Assembly: GCA_024641325.1 (NCBI GenBank)
Contig: JAHEDJ010000001.1
Coordinates: 23,594 to 87,593, forward strand
Length of the DNA stretch: 64,000 nt
Direction: 5' to 3'
From: a bacterium
GTDB taxonomy: Bacteria > Actinomycetota > Acidimicrobiia > Spongiisociales > JAHEDJ01
Shown here piece after piece: positions 29,777 to 38,403 of this stretch. The position numbers and the translations under genes were made by a program. The notes under the pieces were generated by a model. The model was given only the letters and a program-made list of their open reading frames with translations. It had not been told where the DNA came from and did no database searches. Positions within the stretch are counted from its first letter, which is position 1. The number at the start of each line of letters is the position of its first letter.

Positions 29777-30397
29777 ATGGCGAAGTACAAGTCGCGCAAG
29801 CGGAAGCAGAGCATGCTGCCGCTGGCCCTGGGTGTCGTTGGAGCGTTTGCCGTGCTGGCGGTTGTTGCCACCATGCTCAGCACGGACGAGGCCTCGGTTT
29901 ACGGAGATATCACGGTGCGGGGGGAAGGGTTGCCTGCGTTCGTTGCCGGCGCTCCCGATGCTGCGATAGGCCTCGCACTTCCCACCATCGAGGGTGCCGA
30001 TTTCGACGGCAACCCCGTCACGATCTCCGACGACGGTAGACCCAAGCTGATTCTCAACCTGGCGCACTGGTGACCTGTCTGCCAGTCCGAGGTCTCGGAC
30101 TTGCAGCGCTACTTCGATGAAAACGGTTTGCCTTCGGCAGTTGATCTCTACTCGACCTCGATTCTCGTCGAGCCTTCCAGAGTCAACTACCCGCCCGGCG
30201 CCTGGCTGGAGCGTGAAGGGTGGACGCCACCGGTGATCGTGGATGATCGGACCGACTCGGTTCATTCAGCGCTGGGAATGCCAAATGTCCCGGCGTGGGT
30301 TGTCGTGGGTAGCGATAACGTGGTCATTCAGCGAGTAGCCAGCGGCATCACCACGGAGCAGTTCGAGGAACTCGTGGCACTGGCGGCCGGCGCCTGA
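29777..30397 (+). CDS. Membrane-anchored TlpA/DsbE-like thioredoxin-fold selenoprotein B (UPVC, Sec99; 206 aa)
   Basis: SD GAGGA then ATG 29777; basic N-terminus plus TM; ...LNLAHW-U(TGA 30071-30073)-PVCQSEVSDL continues in frame into ORF 30101-30397; YPPGAWL, cis-Pro-like NVP. Confidence 0.88.
30084..30101 (+). promoter_or_regulatory. Putative bacterial SECIS element of selenoprotein B
   Basis: Identical AGTCCGA-GGTC-TCGGACT hairpin 10 nt after TGA 30071-30073. Confidence 0.82.
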
Positions 30398-30464
30398 TCT
30401 CACTTGCAGGATTCAACATGCGGTGCGGTATGATGCCGTCCGCCCGTCTGCCAGGCGCGCCCAT

Positions 30465-30536
30465 TCGGGGGTGGTGTAATTGGCAACACAGCAGGTTCTG
30501 GTCCTGTCATTGAGGGTTCGAGTCCTTCCCCCCGAG
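30465..30536 (+). tRNA. tRNA-Gln (CTG)
   Basis: Acceptor TCGGGGG/CCCCCGA (U1-A72), anticodon arm GCAGG-TT-CTG-GT-CCTGT, T arm GAGGG-TTCGAGT-CCTTC; TATGAT -10-like box at 30429-30434. Confidence 0.95.
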
Positions 30537-30559
30537 CGAGCCCGGTAACGGGCACAAAC

Positions 30560-30632
30560 GGCCCCGTCGTCTAGCGGCCTAGGACGCCGGCCTCTCAAGC
30601 CGGTAACGCCAGTTCGAATCTGGTCGGGGCTG
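30560..30632 (+). tRNA. tRNA-Glu (CTC)
   Basis: Acceptor GGCCCCG/CGGGGCT, anticodon arm CCGGC-CT-CTC-AA-GCCGG, T-loop TTCGAAT. Confidence 0.96.
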
Positions 30633-30638
30633 CCGCAC

Positions 30639-30665
30639 CGACACCCCTGCTCAGCGGGGGTGTCG
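30639..30665 (+). terminator. Hairpin after the tRNA pair
   Basis: CGACACCCCTGCT/AGCGGGGGTGTCG inverted repeat with one G-U pair; no clear U-tract. Confidence 0.65.
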
Positions 30666-30791
30666 CCGCGTCTGTAAGTCGACCGGCGGTGAAACCGGCC
30701 ATGTCGCAGAAGCTGTGATCACGGCACGGAACTGAGTTCGCAGTCTGGGTTACGTCCGGGGAAGGATGAGCCGACTCTCAGCCGTGGATTG

Positions 30792-31502
30792 TCAGGTTTT
30801 CCCGTAGACCGGGATCACGCCGCCGGAGACGACCTCTGACTCGGGCGATACGAGAAACTCAATGACCTTGGCGATTTCGTCGGGAGTCGGCCAGTGGACG
30901 TAGTCGGCAAATGGCAGCGCCTCGCGTGTGGCAGGCGTGTCGATGACGGAAGGCATGACGACGTTGACGGTGATGTTCGTGTCGTCGAGTTCCACAGACG
31001 CCGACTTCGCCAATGCCACCACGCCGGCTTTTGCCACGTTGAAGGCTGCCTGGCCGGCCGGAGTGTCGAGAGCGGCGCGGCTTCCCACGAGGACAACGCG
31101 GCCGGCCTCGGAAGAACGCAAATGAGGTATCGATGTGCGAAGGGTGTTGAAAGCCGAAACCAGATTGAGGTCGAGCATTCGTTCCCAGCGCACGTCCGAC
31201 GTTTCTTCGATGTCGCGACCGCCGGCCCAGCCGCCGACGAGGGAGCAAACGATGTCAACCGACCCGAAACGCTCTTTGGTCTCGTTGAGGAAAGCTTCCA
31301 TCTCTTGTGGGTTTGAGGCGTCAACGCGCCTCAAGAGCAGCTGCTCCTCATCGAGGTCCAGGGCCGTCTCAAAAGCCGCAGACTCCTCGGGGCGCACATA
31401 GGTGACGGCCAGACGGTGCCCCTTGGCAGCGAGGCGTTTGGAGAGTGCGGTTCCCAAACCGCCGGTTCCCCCCGTGAGCACTGCAACACGCTGATCGGTC
31501 AT
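30792..31502 (-). CDS. Short-chain dehydrogenase/reductase
   Basis: TGGTGGLG Rossmann motif, VGSRAA, FNVAK at the YxxxK position, [12 protein letters not shown]; SD GGAGG. Confidence 0.88.
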   Translation of the reverse strand: MTDQRVAVLTGGTGGLGTALSKRLAAKGHRLAVTYVRPEESAAFETALDLDEEQLLLRRVDASNPQEMEAFLNETKERFGSVDIVCSLVGGWAGGRDIEETSDVRWERMLDLNLVSAFNTLRTSIPHLRSSEAGRVVLVGSRAALDTPAGQAAFNVAKAGVVALAKSASVELDDTNITVNVVMPSVIDTPATREALPFADYVHWPTPDEIAKVIEFLVSPESEVVSGGVIPVYGKT

Positions 31503-31577
31503 CGAACCTCCTTGGCGGCAAGCATAGGCGCTCTGTGCTACATTCGAGCGGGTCACCACGAGCAATCAGGAGGCACA

Positions 31578-32786
31578 GTGGCTGCCATCACTATGAAGTC
31601 GGTGGGCAAGGTCTATCCGGGTGGAATGCGTGCGATCCACGACGTCGACCTCGAGATCGGCGACGGTGAGTTTGTTGTTCTGGTCGGCCCCTCCGGCTGC
31701 GGAAAATCGACTTTGTTGAGAATGGTGGCCGGCCTCGAAGAGATCACCGAAGGTGAGATCACCATTGGCGATACGGTGGTCAACGATGTGCCGCCCAAAG
31801 ATCGCAATATTGCGATGGTGTTTCAGAACTACGCGCTATATCCGCATATGAGTGTGTTCGACAACATGGCTTTCGGTCTCAAGTTGCGCAAGATGCCCAA
31901 AGAGGAAATCAACCGGCGGGTTGGAGAAGCTGCTGCGATTCTTGAGATCACCGAGTTTCTGGACCGCAAACCGAAAGCTCTGTCCGGTGGTCAGCGGCAG
32001 CGGGTGGCGATGGGCCGGGCGATTGTTCGTGAGCCGGCCGCCTTCTTGATGGATGAGCCGCTTTCTAACCTCGATGCCAAGTTGCGGGTGCAGATGCGTT
32101 CCGAGTTGGGGATACTCCACAGCCGTTTGAAGACGACCACTCTGTATGTGACCCATGATCAGGTCGAAGCGATGACGATGGGCGACCGTGTCGCAGTGCT
32201 CAAGGCCATCTCCGGCAAAGAGATCCCGAACTTGATGCAGGTCGACACTCCCCGCAATCTGTACGATCGCCCCGACAACCTGTTCGTCGCAGGGTTCATT
32301 GGGTCTCCTTCGATGAACTTCGTCCTTGGGACCGTGGTAGCGGAGGGCGATTCGACCTATGTGACCTGGGCCGACACGAAACTGCGCGTCGACCGTTCGA
32401 CACTCGATGCCCGTCCAGATTTGGCCAACTATGCCGGCAAAGAGATCGTGGTCGGCTTGCGTCCTGAGGGGTTCGAGGCGAAGGCAGCGGTGACGGGTGA
32501 GTTCGACGATCAACGCGTGATGACGATCAACGTCGACCTGGTGGAGCAGTTGGGCTCCGAAGCCTTCATCCATTTCGAGCAGCCCCTCCCGCCGGTGATC
32601 ACACCTGACATCCAGGAACTGCTTGCAGACCAGGGCGCGGATGCTTCGACCCTCGGCAACACCACCGCCTTCACGGCCCGGATTAACCCCGACTTCGCCC
32701 CGAAGACGGGCGATCGGGCAGAGTTGATTGTCGACACGACGAAACTCCACTTCTTCGACAAGGAGACCGGCTCCGCCATCTGGTAG
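31578..32786 (+). CDS. Stand-alone sugar ABC transporter ATPase (MsiK/UgpC-like)
   Basis: SD AGGAGG then GTG; [55 protein letters not shown]; no adjacent permeases. Confidence 0.92.
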   Translation: MAAITMKSVGKVYPGGMRAIHDVDLEIGDGEFVVLVGPSGCGKSTLLRMVAGLEEITEGEITIGDTVVNDVPPKDRNIAMVFQNYALYPHMSVFDNMAFGLKLRKMPKEEINRRVGEAAAILEITEFLDRKPKALSGGQRQRVAMGRAIVREPAAFLMDEPLSNLDAKLRVQMRSELGILHSRLKTTTLYVTHDQVEAMTMGDRVAVLKAISGKEIPNLMQVDTPRNLYDRPDNLFVAGFIGSPSMNFVLGTVVAEGDSTYVTWADTKLRVDRSTLDARPDLANYAGKEIVVGLRPEGFEAKAAVTGEFDDQRVMTINVDLVEQLGSEAFIHFEQPLPPVITPDIQELLADQGADASTLGNTTAFTARINPDFAPKTGDRAELIVDTTKLHFFDKETGSAIW

Positions 32787-32789
32787 TGC

Positions 32790-33548
32790 CTACGGGCTCA
32801 ACACTTTGAACGACTCGGCGAGGTCGAGTCCGGCCGGTTGTGCTTGTCGGCGAGCCCAGGCCTCCATGCGAGACCGAAATGCTTCGCGTTCCGCCCGGCC
32901 CTTGTGTGCATCCCCCATCGTGGTTGTTCCCTGTGACGAGTGAGCAAGCAGTGCCTCGAGCTTTATGTCGAATGTGTCGGTGATGTCGACCCAATGGTCC
33001 GCTTCGTCCGCGCCCCATAGATATATCCAATCAGGTCGATGTTTCTCGACGCCGCCGACGAGTTGATCGGTAAAGAACAAGTGATCGCGCGCCGCTACGA
33101 TCCCGTCGATGGCGGCGAGTCCGGTGACGCGATGATCCGGGTGAAGCTGATATCTCTGCCAGGGATCGTGTGTCAGCACAACGTCGGGCCGGATTCTCCT
33201 GATCCACAGGCACATCTCTCTGCGCAGTGCCATCGAGTATTCGAGTTCGCCGTCGGTGTGGCCGAGCATTATCGAGGTGGTGGCGCCTATTGCGGCAGCC
33301 GCGGTGTGCTGCTCGTTGCGGCGCTGATCGACCAGGGTCTGGTGGTCGACTTTCGGATTCCAGGAACCTTTCGAGCCGTCGGTGACAATCAGCATGGTGA
33401 TCTCGCACCCGGCCGCGGCCCAGCCGGCCAGCGTTCCTCCCGCTCCGAACTCCGCGTCGTCGGGGTGGGCGCCGATGGTCAGGGCTCGTGCCGGGATGCC
33501 GTCAGGTCGATCTTCAGCACGGGCATCGGGATGGATACCGCTTTTCAT
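32790..33548 (-). CDS. PIG-L/LmbE family deacetylase
   Basis: AHPDDAE, TDGSKG, R..E, HPDHR, HSSQ motifs. Confidence 0.9.
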   Translation of the reverse strand: MKSGIHPDARAEDRPDGIPARALTIGAHPDDAEFGAGGTLAGWAAAGCEITMLIVTDGSKGSWNPKVDHQTLVDQRRNEQHTAAAAIGATTSIMLGHTDGELEYSMALRREMCLWIRRIRPDVVLTHDPWQRYQLHPDHRVTGLAAIDGIVAARDHLFFTDQLVGGVEKHRPDWIYLWGADEADHWVDITDTFDIKLEALLAHSSQGTTTMGDAHKGRAEREAFRSRMEAWARRQAQPAGLDLAESFKVLSP

Positions 33549-33557
33549 GCCGGGAGC

Positions 33558-34151
33558 CTACCGGCCGATAGCCTGATCGAGCCAGGTCCCGCGCGGGTGG
33601 CGAGCTGCCGCCGCGTAGTCGGAGGGAGCATCTACGTCCAGAAGAAAGCCGGTCCTCGCAATGACGCGGACGGGGTGCCGGCGGACGCCGGCCAGATGAC
33701 GATGAAAGGAACCAGGGCCGTAGGCAAACGAAGGCACAGGCGCCTTGCCGGCGAAGACGCTGGTGCCTCCGTCGCGCGATGGAGCCAGCAGAAACCCATC
33801 CCGGGGTATCCGATCCCAGGCGGCTCGCACGTCCTCGGGTGTGAGCAGCGGGAGATCGGCGTGGAGGATCATCCATCTTCCATTTGCGGCCAGCTCGATG
33901 ACCCGACTCGCAGCCGCATTGAGGCCCTCGAGTCGCTCGAGAATGATCCCGGCACCCCGATCATCAGCCCACTCGGCCACAGCCTCGTCGCTCGTGACGA
34001 CCCACACGGCACCGACGGTCCGAGCGACCACCTCCAGTGTGTGAGCCGCGACGGCCCGTCCGAGCTTCTCTCGCTGCTCCGCATCAAACCCCACAGCCAT
34101 CCTTGCCTTGGCGAGGTCGAACTGTTTGAGGGGAACTGCCGCAATGTCCAT
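33558..34151 (-). CDS. cofC: 2-phospho-L-lactate/PEP guanylyltransferase (F420 biosynthesis)
   Basis: VPLK....AKARM, GLNAA, ADLPLL, APSRDGGT, YGPGSF.RH, LDVD.P.D; leaderless start at ATG 34151. Confidence 0.85.
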   Translation of the reverse strand: MDIAAVPLKQFDLAKARMAVGFDAEQREKLGRAVAAHTLEVVARTVGAVWVVTSDEAVAEWADDRGAGIILERLEGLNAAASRVIELAANGRWMILHADLPLLTPEDVRAAWDRIPRDGFLLAPSRDGGTSVFAGKAPVPSFAYGPGSFHRHLAGVRRHPVRVIARTGFLLDVDAPSDYAAAARHPRGTWLDQAIGR

Positions 34152-34257
34152 GACCCAGAGGCTAGAGCCATTATGGGCCATCGCCGTTCATGCAGCTCGG
34201 GACTATTCGTGCCGCCACCGGTGTTGGCTAGATCCGAACCAAACGAGAGGATTGTCG

Positions 34258-34542
34258 ATGGCCAGCGCTTTGTGGAACGGCGTAGTACTGGCGGAGAGCG
34301 ATGACACGGTCATTGTGGAAGGCAACCATTACTTCCCTCCCGGGTCGATCAAAATGGAGTACTTCCGGCAATCGGATAGCCACACTTCATGCCCGTGGAA
34401 GGGTACGGCGAGCTACTACGACCTGGTTGTGGACGGTCGGGTGAACCCTGGAGCTGCATGGTTCTACCCGGAGCCGAAGCCTGCAGCTCGCCAGATCCGC
34501 GACTACGTGGCCTTCTGGAGGGGCGTTTCCGTTCAAGCATGA
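34258..34542 (+). CDS. DUF427 family protein
   Basis: WNG.VLAESD.T..VEGNHYFP, CPWKG.ASYY, AAW.YPEPK, VAFW. Confidence 0.9.
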   Translation: MASALWNGVVLAESDDTVIVEGNHYFPPGSIKMEYFRQSDSHTSCPWKGTASYYDLVVDGRVNPGAAWFYPEPKPAARQIRDYVAFWRGVSVQA

Positions 34543-34629
34543 GCTCCAGCAGAAGGCCGGGATTTCGTTGTGCTCGAATGCCATCTTTGACCGGCGCTGC
34601 CCTACGCTTGATTCTCACGGAGGACAGCC

Positions 34630-36099
34630 ATGACCATTAGCGCGGGCCGGGAAGAGAACATTTCCGCACGCCAGACAAAGATCATTGCAACGCTCGGGCC
34701 TGCCGTGGCCTCGGGCGAAGCGATCTCGGCACTGGTCGAGGCTGGAATGAATGTGGCCCGGCTCAACTTCTCGCACGGTAGTCACGAGAACCACCGCAGC
34801 TTCTTGGAGTGGGTCAGGGCCGCAGCCGCAGAGCACAATCGTCCGGTCGCCATCCTGCAGGACATCCAGGGACCCAAAATGCGTGTCGGCAGCTTTCCGG
34901 GTGGATCGTGCGACCTCGCGGCCGGATCCGAAGTCGTTTTGGTCGCAGGCGATGATGAGGCGATCCCGGGGACTATTCCGATCGACTACCCGTACCTGCT
35001 CGACGACGTGGAGGTCGGCGAACCGGTACTACTAGCCGACGGACTGATTCGCTTGGAGGTCGTGAAGCGAATGCCCGATGGACTGCGGTCCCGGGTGATC
35101 GAGGGCGGTGTTCTGTTCGATCACAAAGGCGTGGCGTTTCCAGACACACAGCTTCAAGTCCCGGCCGTCACCGAAAAAGATCGCGCCGATCTTCTATTCG
35201 GGCGCGAACTGGGCGTCGACTACGTTGCGGCTTCGTTCGTCCGCTCCGCAGCGGATATCGCCGAAGTGGCCTCTCTGGTGGAACCGGGGACTCCGATCAT
35301 CGCCAAGATCGAACTGGCAGCTGCTCTGTCCAATCTCGACGAGATCCTGTTGTCGGCCCAGGGAGCGCTGGTCGCGAGGGGTGACCTCGGAGTGCAACTC
35401 CCGCTGCAGCGAATTCCACTGATTCAGCAGGACATCCTGCGGCGCGCCAACAGAGCCGGAATCATCTCGATCACGGCCACTGAGATGCTGGAGTCGATGA
35501 CCGACTCACCCCGACCGACGCGGGCGGAGGTAACAGATGTGGCATCGGCGATCATCGGCGGTACCGACGCGGTGATGCTGTCGGCTGAGACTGCCATCGG
35601 ACGCTATCCGGTACGTGCAGTTCAGATGATGGATGCAATATGTCGCGAGGTCGAAGCCGGCTTGCGGGAGTCGGAAGGTGTAGTCGACATAGCTTTCCTC
35701 GAAAGCAACCCGACTTTCCCCAGCGCGACGGCCAAGGCGGCCGTCGATACGGCCGCCAACCTCAAGATCAAGACGATCGCCGCCTTCACCGAATCCGGCA
35801 ACACCGCCTTGTTGCTCAGCAAGTACAGGCCCCACGCGCGGATCATCGCGTTCTCGCCTGAGCCGGCAACCCTGTTGCGGATGGCGCTGATGTGGGGCGT
35901 GACTCCGATGGCGTCCGATCGTCGGGATTCCACCGACCTGATGATCGCCTGGGCAGAGAAACACCTCGAACGAGCCGGTTTCTGTGAAGAGGGTGAGGGT
36001 GTTGTCGTCGTGGCGGGAACTCCACCGAACCAGCAGGCGTCGACCAATCTCATGAAGCTGCACGTAATCGGCGATCGACGAAGGCGCGGGCAGCGATAG
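34630..36099 (+). CDS. pyk: Pyruvate kinase
   Basis: TKIIATLGPA, RLNFSHG, D.QGPK.R, IAKIE, VARGDLG, PRPTRAEVTDV, DAVMLS.ETA.G.YP. Confidence 0.96.
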   Translation: MTISAGREENISARQTKIIATLGPAVASGEAISALVEAGMNVARLNFSHGSHENHRSFLEWVRAAAAEHNRPVAILQDIQGPKMRVGSFPGGSCDLAAGSEVVLVAGDDEAIPGTIPIDYPYLLDDVEVGEPVLLADGLIRLEVVKRMPDGLRSRVIEGGVLFDHKGVAFPDTQLQVPAVTEKDRADLLFGRELGVDYVAASFVRSAADIAEVASLVEPGTPIIAKIELAAALSNLDEILLSAQGALVARGDLGVQLPLQRIPLIQQDILRRANRAGIISITATEMLESMTDSPRPTRAEVTDVASAIIGGTDAVMLSAETAIGRYPVRAVQMMDAICREVEAGLRESEGVVDIAFLESNPTFPSATAKAAVDTAANLKIKTIAAFTESGNTALLLSKYRPHARIIAFSPEPATLLRMALMWGVTPMASDRRDSTDLMIAWAEKHLERAGFCEEGEGVVVVAGTPPNQQASTNLMKLHVIGDRRRRGQR

Positions 36100-36136
36100 C
36101 GTTAGACTGCCCCGACCGTTTTGAGGAGCAGTTCGT

Positions 36137-36430
36137 TTGGGCCAGAAGATCGAGATAGCGAGTTCCATCACGATCGGCGACGTCGCCGTGTTCGATACAG
36201 ACCGCACGCTGAGTGGTCAGGACGGCGAGCGGTATCGGTCCCTGGATGAGACGGAAGGACGGACAACCTATCCGGCCGGTGTCGCCAGGGCTCTCATGTC
36301 GGGAGACGAAGCCGTACAAAGCGTCTACATCACCTCGAATGTCGTAACGATCGAACGACGGGGCGGTTGGGACGAGGAGTCACTCAACGAAGCCGGAAGG
36401 CTGATCAGCGACTTCTTCTTGTTCTACTAG
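36137..36430 (+). CDS. Hypothetical protein resembling an Nfu/NifU N-terminal (scaffold) domain
   Basis: SD GAGGAG then TTG; V.SVY...NVVTIER...W pattern; final FFLFY. Confidence 0.6.
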   Translation: MGQKIEIASSITIGDVAVFDTDRTLSGQDGERYRSLDETEGRTTYPAGVARALMSGDEAVQSVYITSNVVTIERRGGWDEESLNEAGRLISDFFLFY

Positions 36431-36462
36431 CGATTCGCAATTCGCGATTCGAATTGCAAACG

Positions 36463-38334
36463 CTACGGGACTGTGGTGGTAGTGGTCACAGCCGTCGTCG
36501 ACGTTGTGGGCGGCGGCTCTGAGGTGGTGGTCGTCTCCGGTATGGGGCACTCTTCGCCGGTGTAGCCCTCAGCTCCTTCCGGGATCATGCATGAATGCAC
36601 CTCGATTTCACGGGGCTGTGCCTTGTAGCGGACCAACCAGGATTCCTCCCGCACCGTTCCATCCGACTCGGTGATCACCCGGGTGACGGTTACGGACCAG
36701 CCGTTCCGGCCCTCGACGGTGACGAGCTCCTCCTCCGGAGTGAGTTCATCATTGGCTATGTAGTCGGTGGTGGGATCGGTGAAGTTGAATCGTCCCGATG
36801 TACTTCCCTCAACTGTGAGACCGCCGTTGTCGCCGAAAAATTTCACTGTGATCGTTGTGTCGTCGTATTCGGTCTTGATGAGCACAGCCGCGGCGGTGTC
36901 GTTCCGGAATACGAGATTCGGCAGCGGCCACGAGATTGTCGCCTCTATGCCTTCCGGATACCGGGAGAAGTAATAGCTGTGCGGGGTATGGGTCACGTCT
37001 TCGTACCCGCCCCAAAAAACGGCGTTGTAGAACGTGGTTGCGAACTGGCTGACACCGCCGCCGACGGTATCCACGATCTTCCCGCCGATGATGGTCGGAG
37101 CAGGCTTGAATCCACGATCGGTCGTGCGCTGCCCGACGTGTTCATTGAGGGAGAAGGATTCGCCGGGCAGCACAAGCGCGCCGTCCACGATGTCGGCGAA
37201 GAGATGGATATTCTCGACCCGCAGCTGACAGCAGGGATGGTTGGTGCTCGCCTCCGAGACGAGGCCTGTGATGCCCAACGATTCAAGGTATTCCGTTGTG
37301 ATTTCCGGTTCGGCGCCGTCCTCGAAAGGCATGACCCCGATGCGGCTAACAGTCATCGCAGCCTCTTCCAGGGCCACTGCTGCGAGTGCCGGATCGATGA
37401 TCGTTCCCGATCGACCCGGCACGACTGTGATGCTGTCGTCTTCTTCTCCGAATTTGAATGTCGCGTCGACGGGAGGAACCTCGAGCTGGGCGCGCAGCGG
37501 CTCGAGTATTGATGCGACCTTCTCGGCCGAGAATCGGACCAGCAGCGTGGGGCGCGGCTCCAACACGAACTCCGTCTCGAATGCTTCGGCGAGGTCGGAG
37601 GTGGTGAAGGTGACCTCGACGGCCGGGTTGTCTCTGGTCAGAGTGACCCCATCGGACAGCATGCGCGTGGCAAGTGCCACGGCGGCGTCGATTTCTGTGC
37701 CCGTGAGTGGAGCGGCAACGTTGACGGTTGGCAGTGACTGCGCTTCTCTTGGAGTCGAGAGAAGCGACGCGACGATCACTCCGACCGACACCTCTCGATC
37801 GACAATCGTTCCGGCAGTCGGATAGGCGGCCACCGGAAGGCCATCGATGAGGATGACGTCACCGGAGTACGGGAGTTCGGCGATGAGCCTCGTGTCCCAA
37901 TCGGTGAGAACCTGATCGAGCGCCGCATGATCTATCTGCCCATCGATCGGTAGGTCGGCCGTCGAGGAGAGGTGTTGCAGCCACCACCCAAACTGACTGA
38001 ACACACTCCCTGTGCGTCCGGTCTCCATAGCAGTCCGCACGGCTTCGGCCTCGTCCAGGTCGAACCCGACCGAGGCGGGATCGAGATCTACGGTAATCCC
38101 GGCGACGGTGAACGGCGCCGTCTGGTCCAGCAGGAAATCCTCATAGGCCGACAGGGCCTGGACTGCCCCGTCTTCATCGAGACCCGATAGGTCAACGCCC
38201 GCCACCGCAACGTTTCGAAGTGCCTCTCCGGAGTGCGCGAATCTGTCGAGGCCGAAGGCAACCACAACGACGAGGATTAGCCCTGCCATAGACAGGGCGG
38301 CGATGATCAGCAAGCGGCGAAATGAGGATGTCAC
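36463..38334 (-). CDS. VanW family protein with peptidoglycan-binding domains
   Basis: N-terminal TM; R..NI, PGESFSLN..VG.RT, GGGVSQFATT.YNA, HS.Y.SRYP.G.EAT, FRNDT; Thr-rich tail. Confidence 0.9.
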   Translation of the reverse strand: MTSSFRRLLIIAALSMAGLILVVVVAFGLDRFAHSGEALRNVAVAGVDLSGLDEDGAVQALSAYEDFLLDQTAPFTVAGITVDLDPASVGFDLDEAEAVRTAMETGRTGSVFSQFGWWLQHLSSTADLPIDGQIDHAALDQVLTDWDTRLIAELPYSGDVILIDGLPVAAYPTAGTIVDREVSVGVIVASLLSTPREAQSLPTVNVAAPLTGTEIDAAVALATRMLSDGVTLTRDNPAVEVTFTTSDLAEAFETEFVLEPRPTLLVRFSAEKVASILEPLRAQLEVPPVDATFKFGEEDDSITVVPGRSGTIIDPALAAVALEEAAMTVSRIGVMPFEDGAEPEITTEYLESLGITGLVSEASTNHPCCQLRVENIHLFADIVDGALVLPGESFSLNEHVGQRTTDRGFKPAPTIIGGKIVDTVGGGVSQFATTFYNAVFWGGYEDVTHTPHSYYFSRYPEGIEATISWPLPNLVFRNDTAAAVLIKTEYDDTTITVKFFGDNGGLTVEGSTSGRFNFTDPTTDYIANDELTPEEELVTVEGRNGWSVTVTRVITESDGTVREESWLVRYKAQPREIEVHSCMIPEGAEGYTGEECPIPETTTTSEPPPTTSTTAVTTTTTVP

Positions 38335-38403
38335 GAAAACCCCCGGAGGCCAGCAAGTGTAGTTGCACCGAATTCGTCTCCGGCCGTCGATACCATCATC
38401 ACC

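Noticed and set aside
29052-30397. Interpretation of the two thioredoxin-like genes as nonsense pseudogenes, or of UGA as Trp/Gly by genetic-code reassignment
   Set aside because: The same catalytic codon is hit in both paralogs and followed by an identical hairpin. TGA is used as a normal stop by many genes here (gatC, gatA, gatB, maeB), and Trp is encoded by TGG.
30465-30632. tRNA-Sec next to the selenoprotein genes
   Set aside because: The anticodons are CTG and CTC, lengths are 72-73 nt and there is no long variable arm; selABCD are not in this window.
30633-30791. Integrative element or att site downstream of the tRNAs
   Set aside because: No integrase and no partial tRNA 3'-end duplication found; housekeeping-like genes follow.
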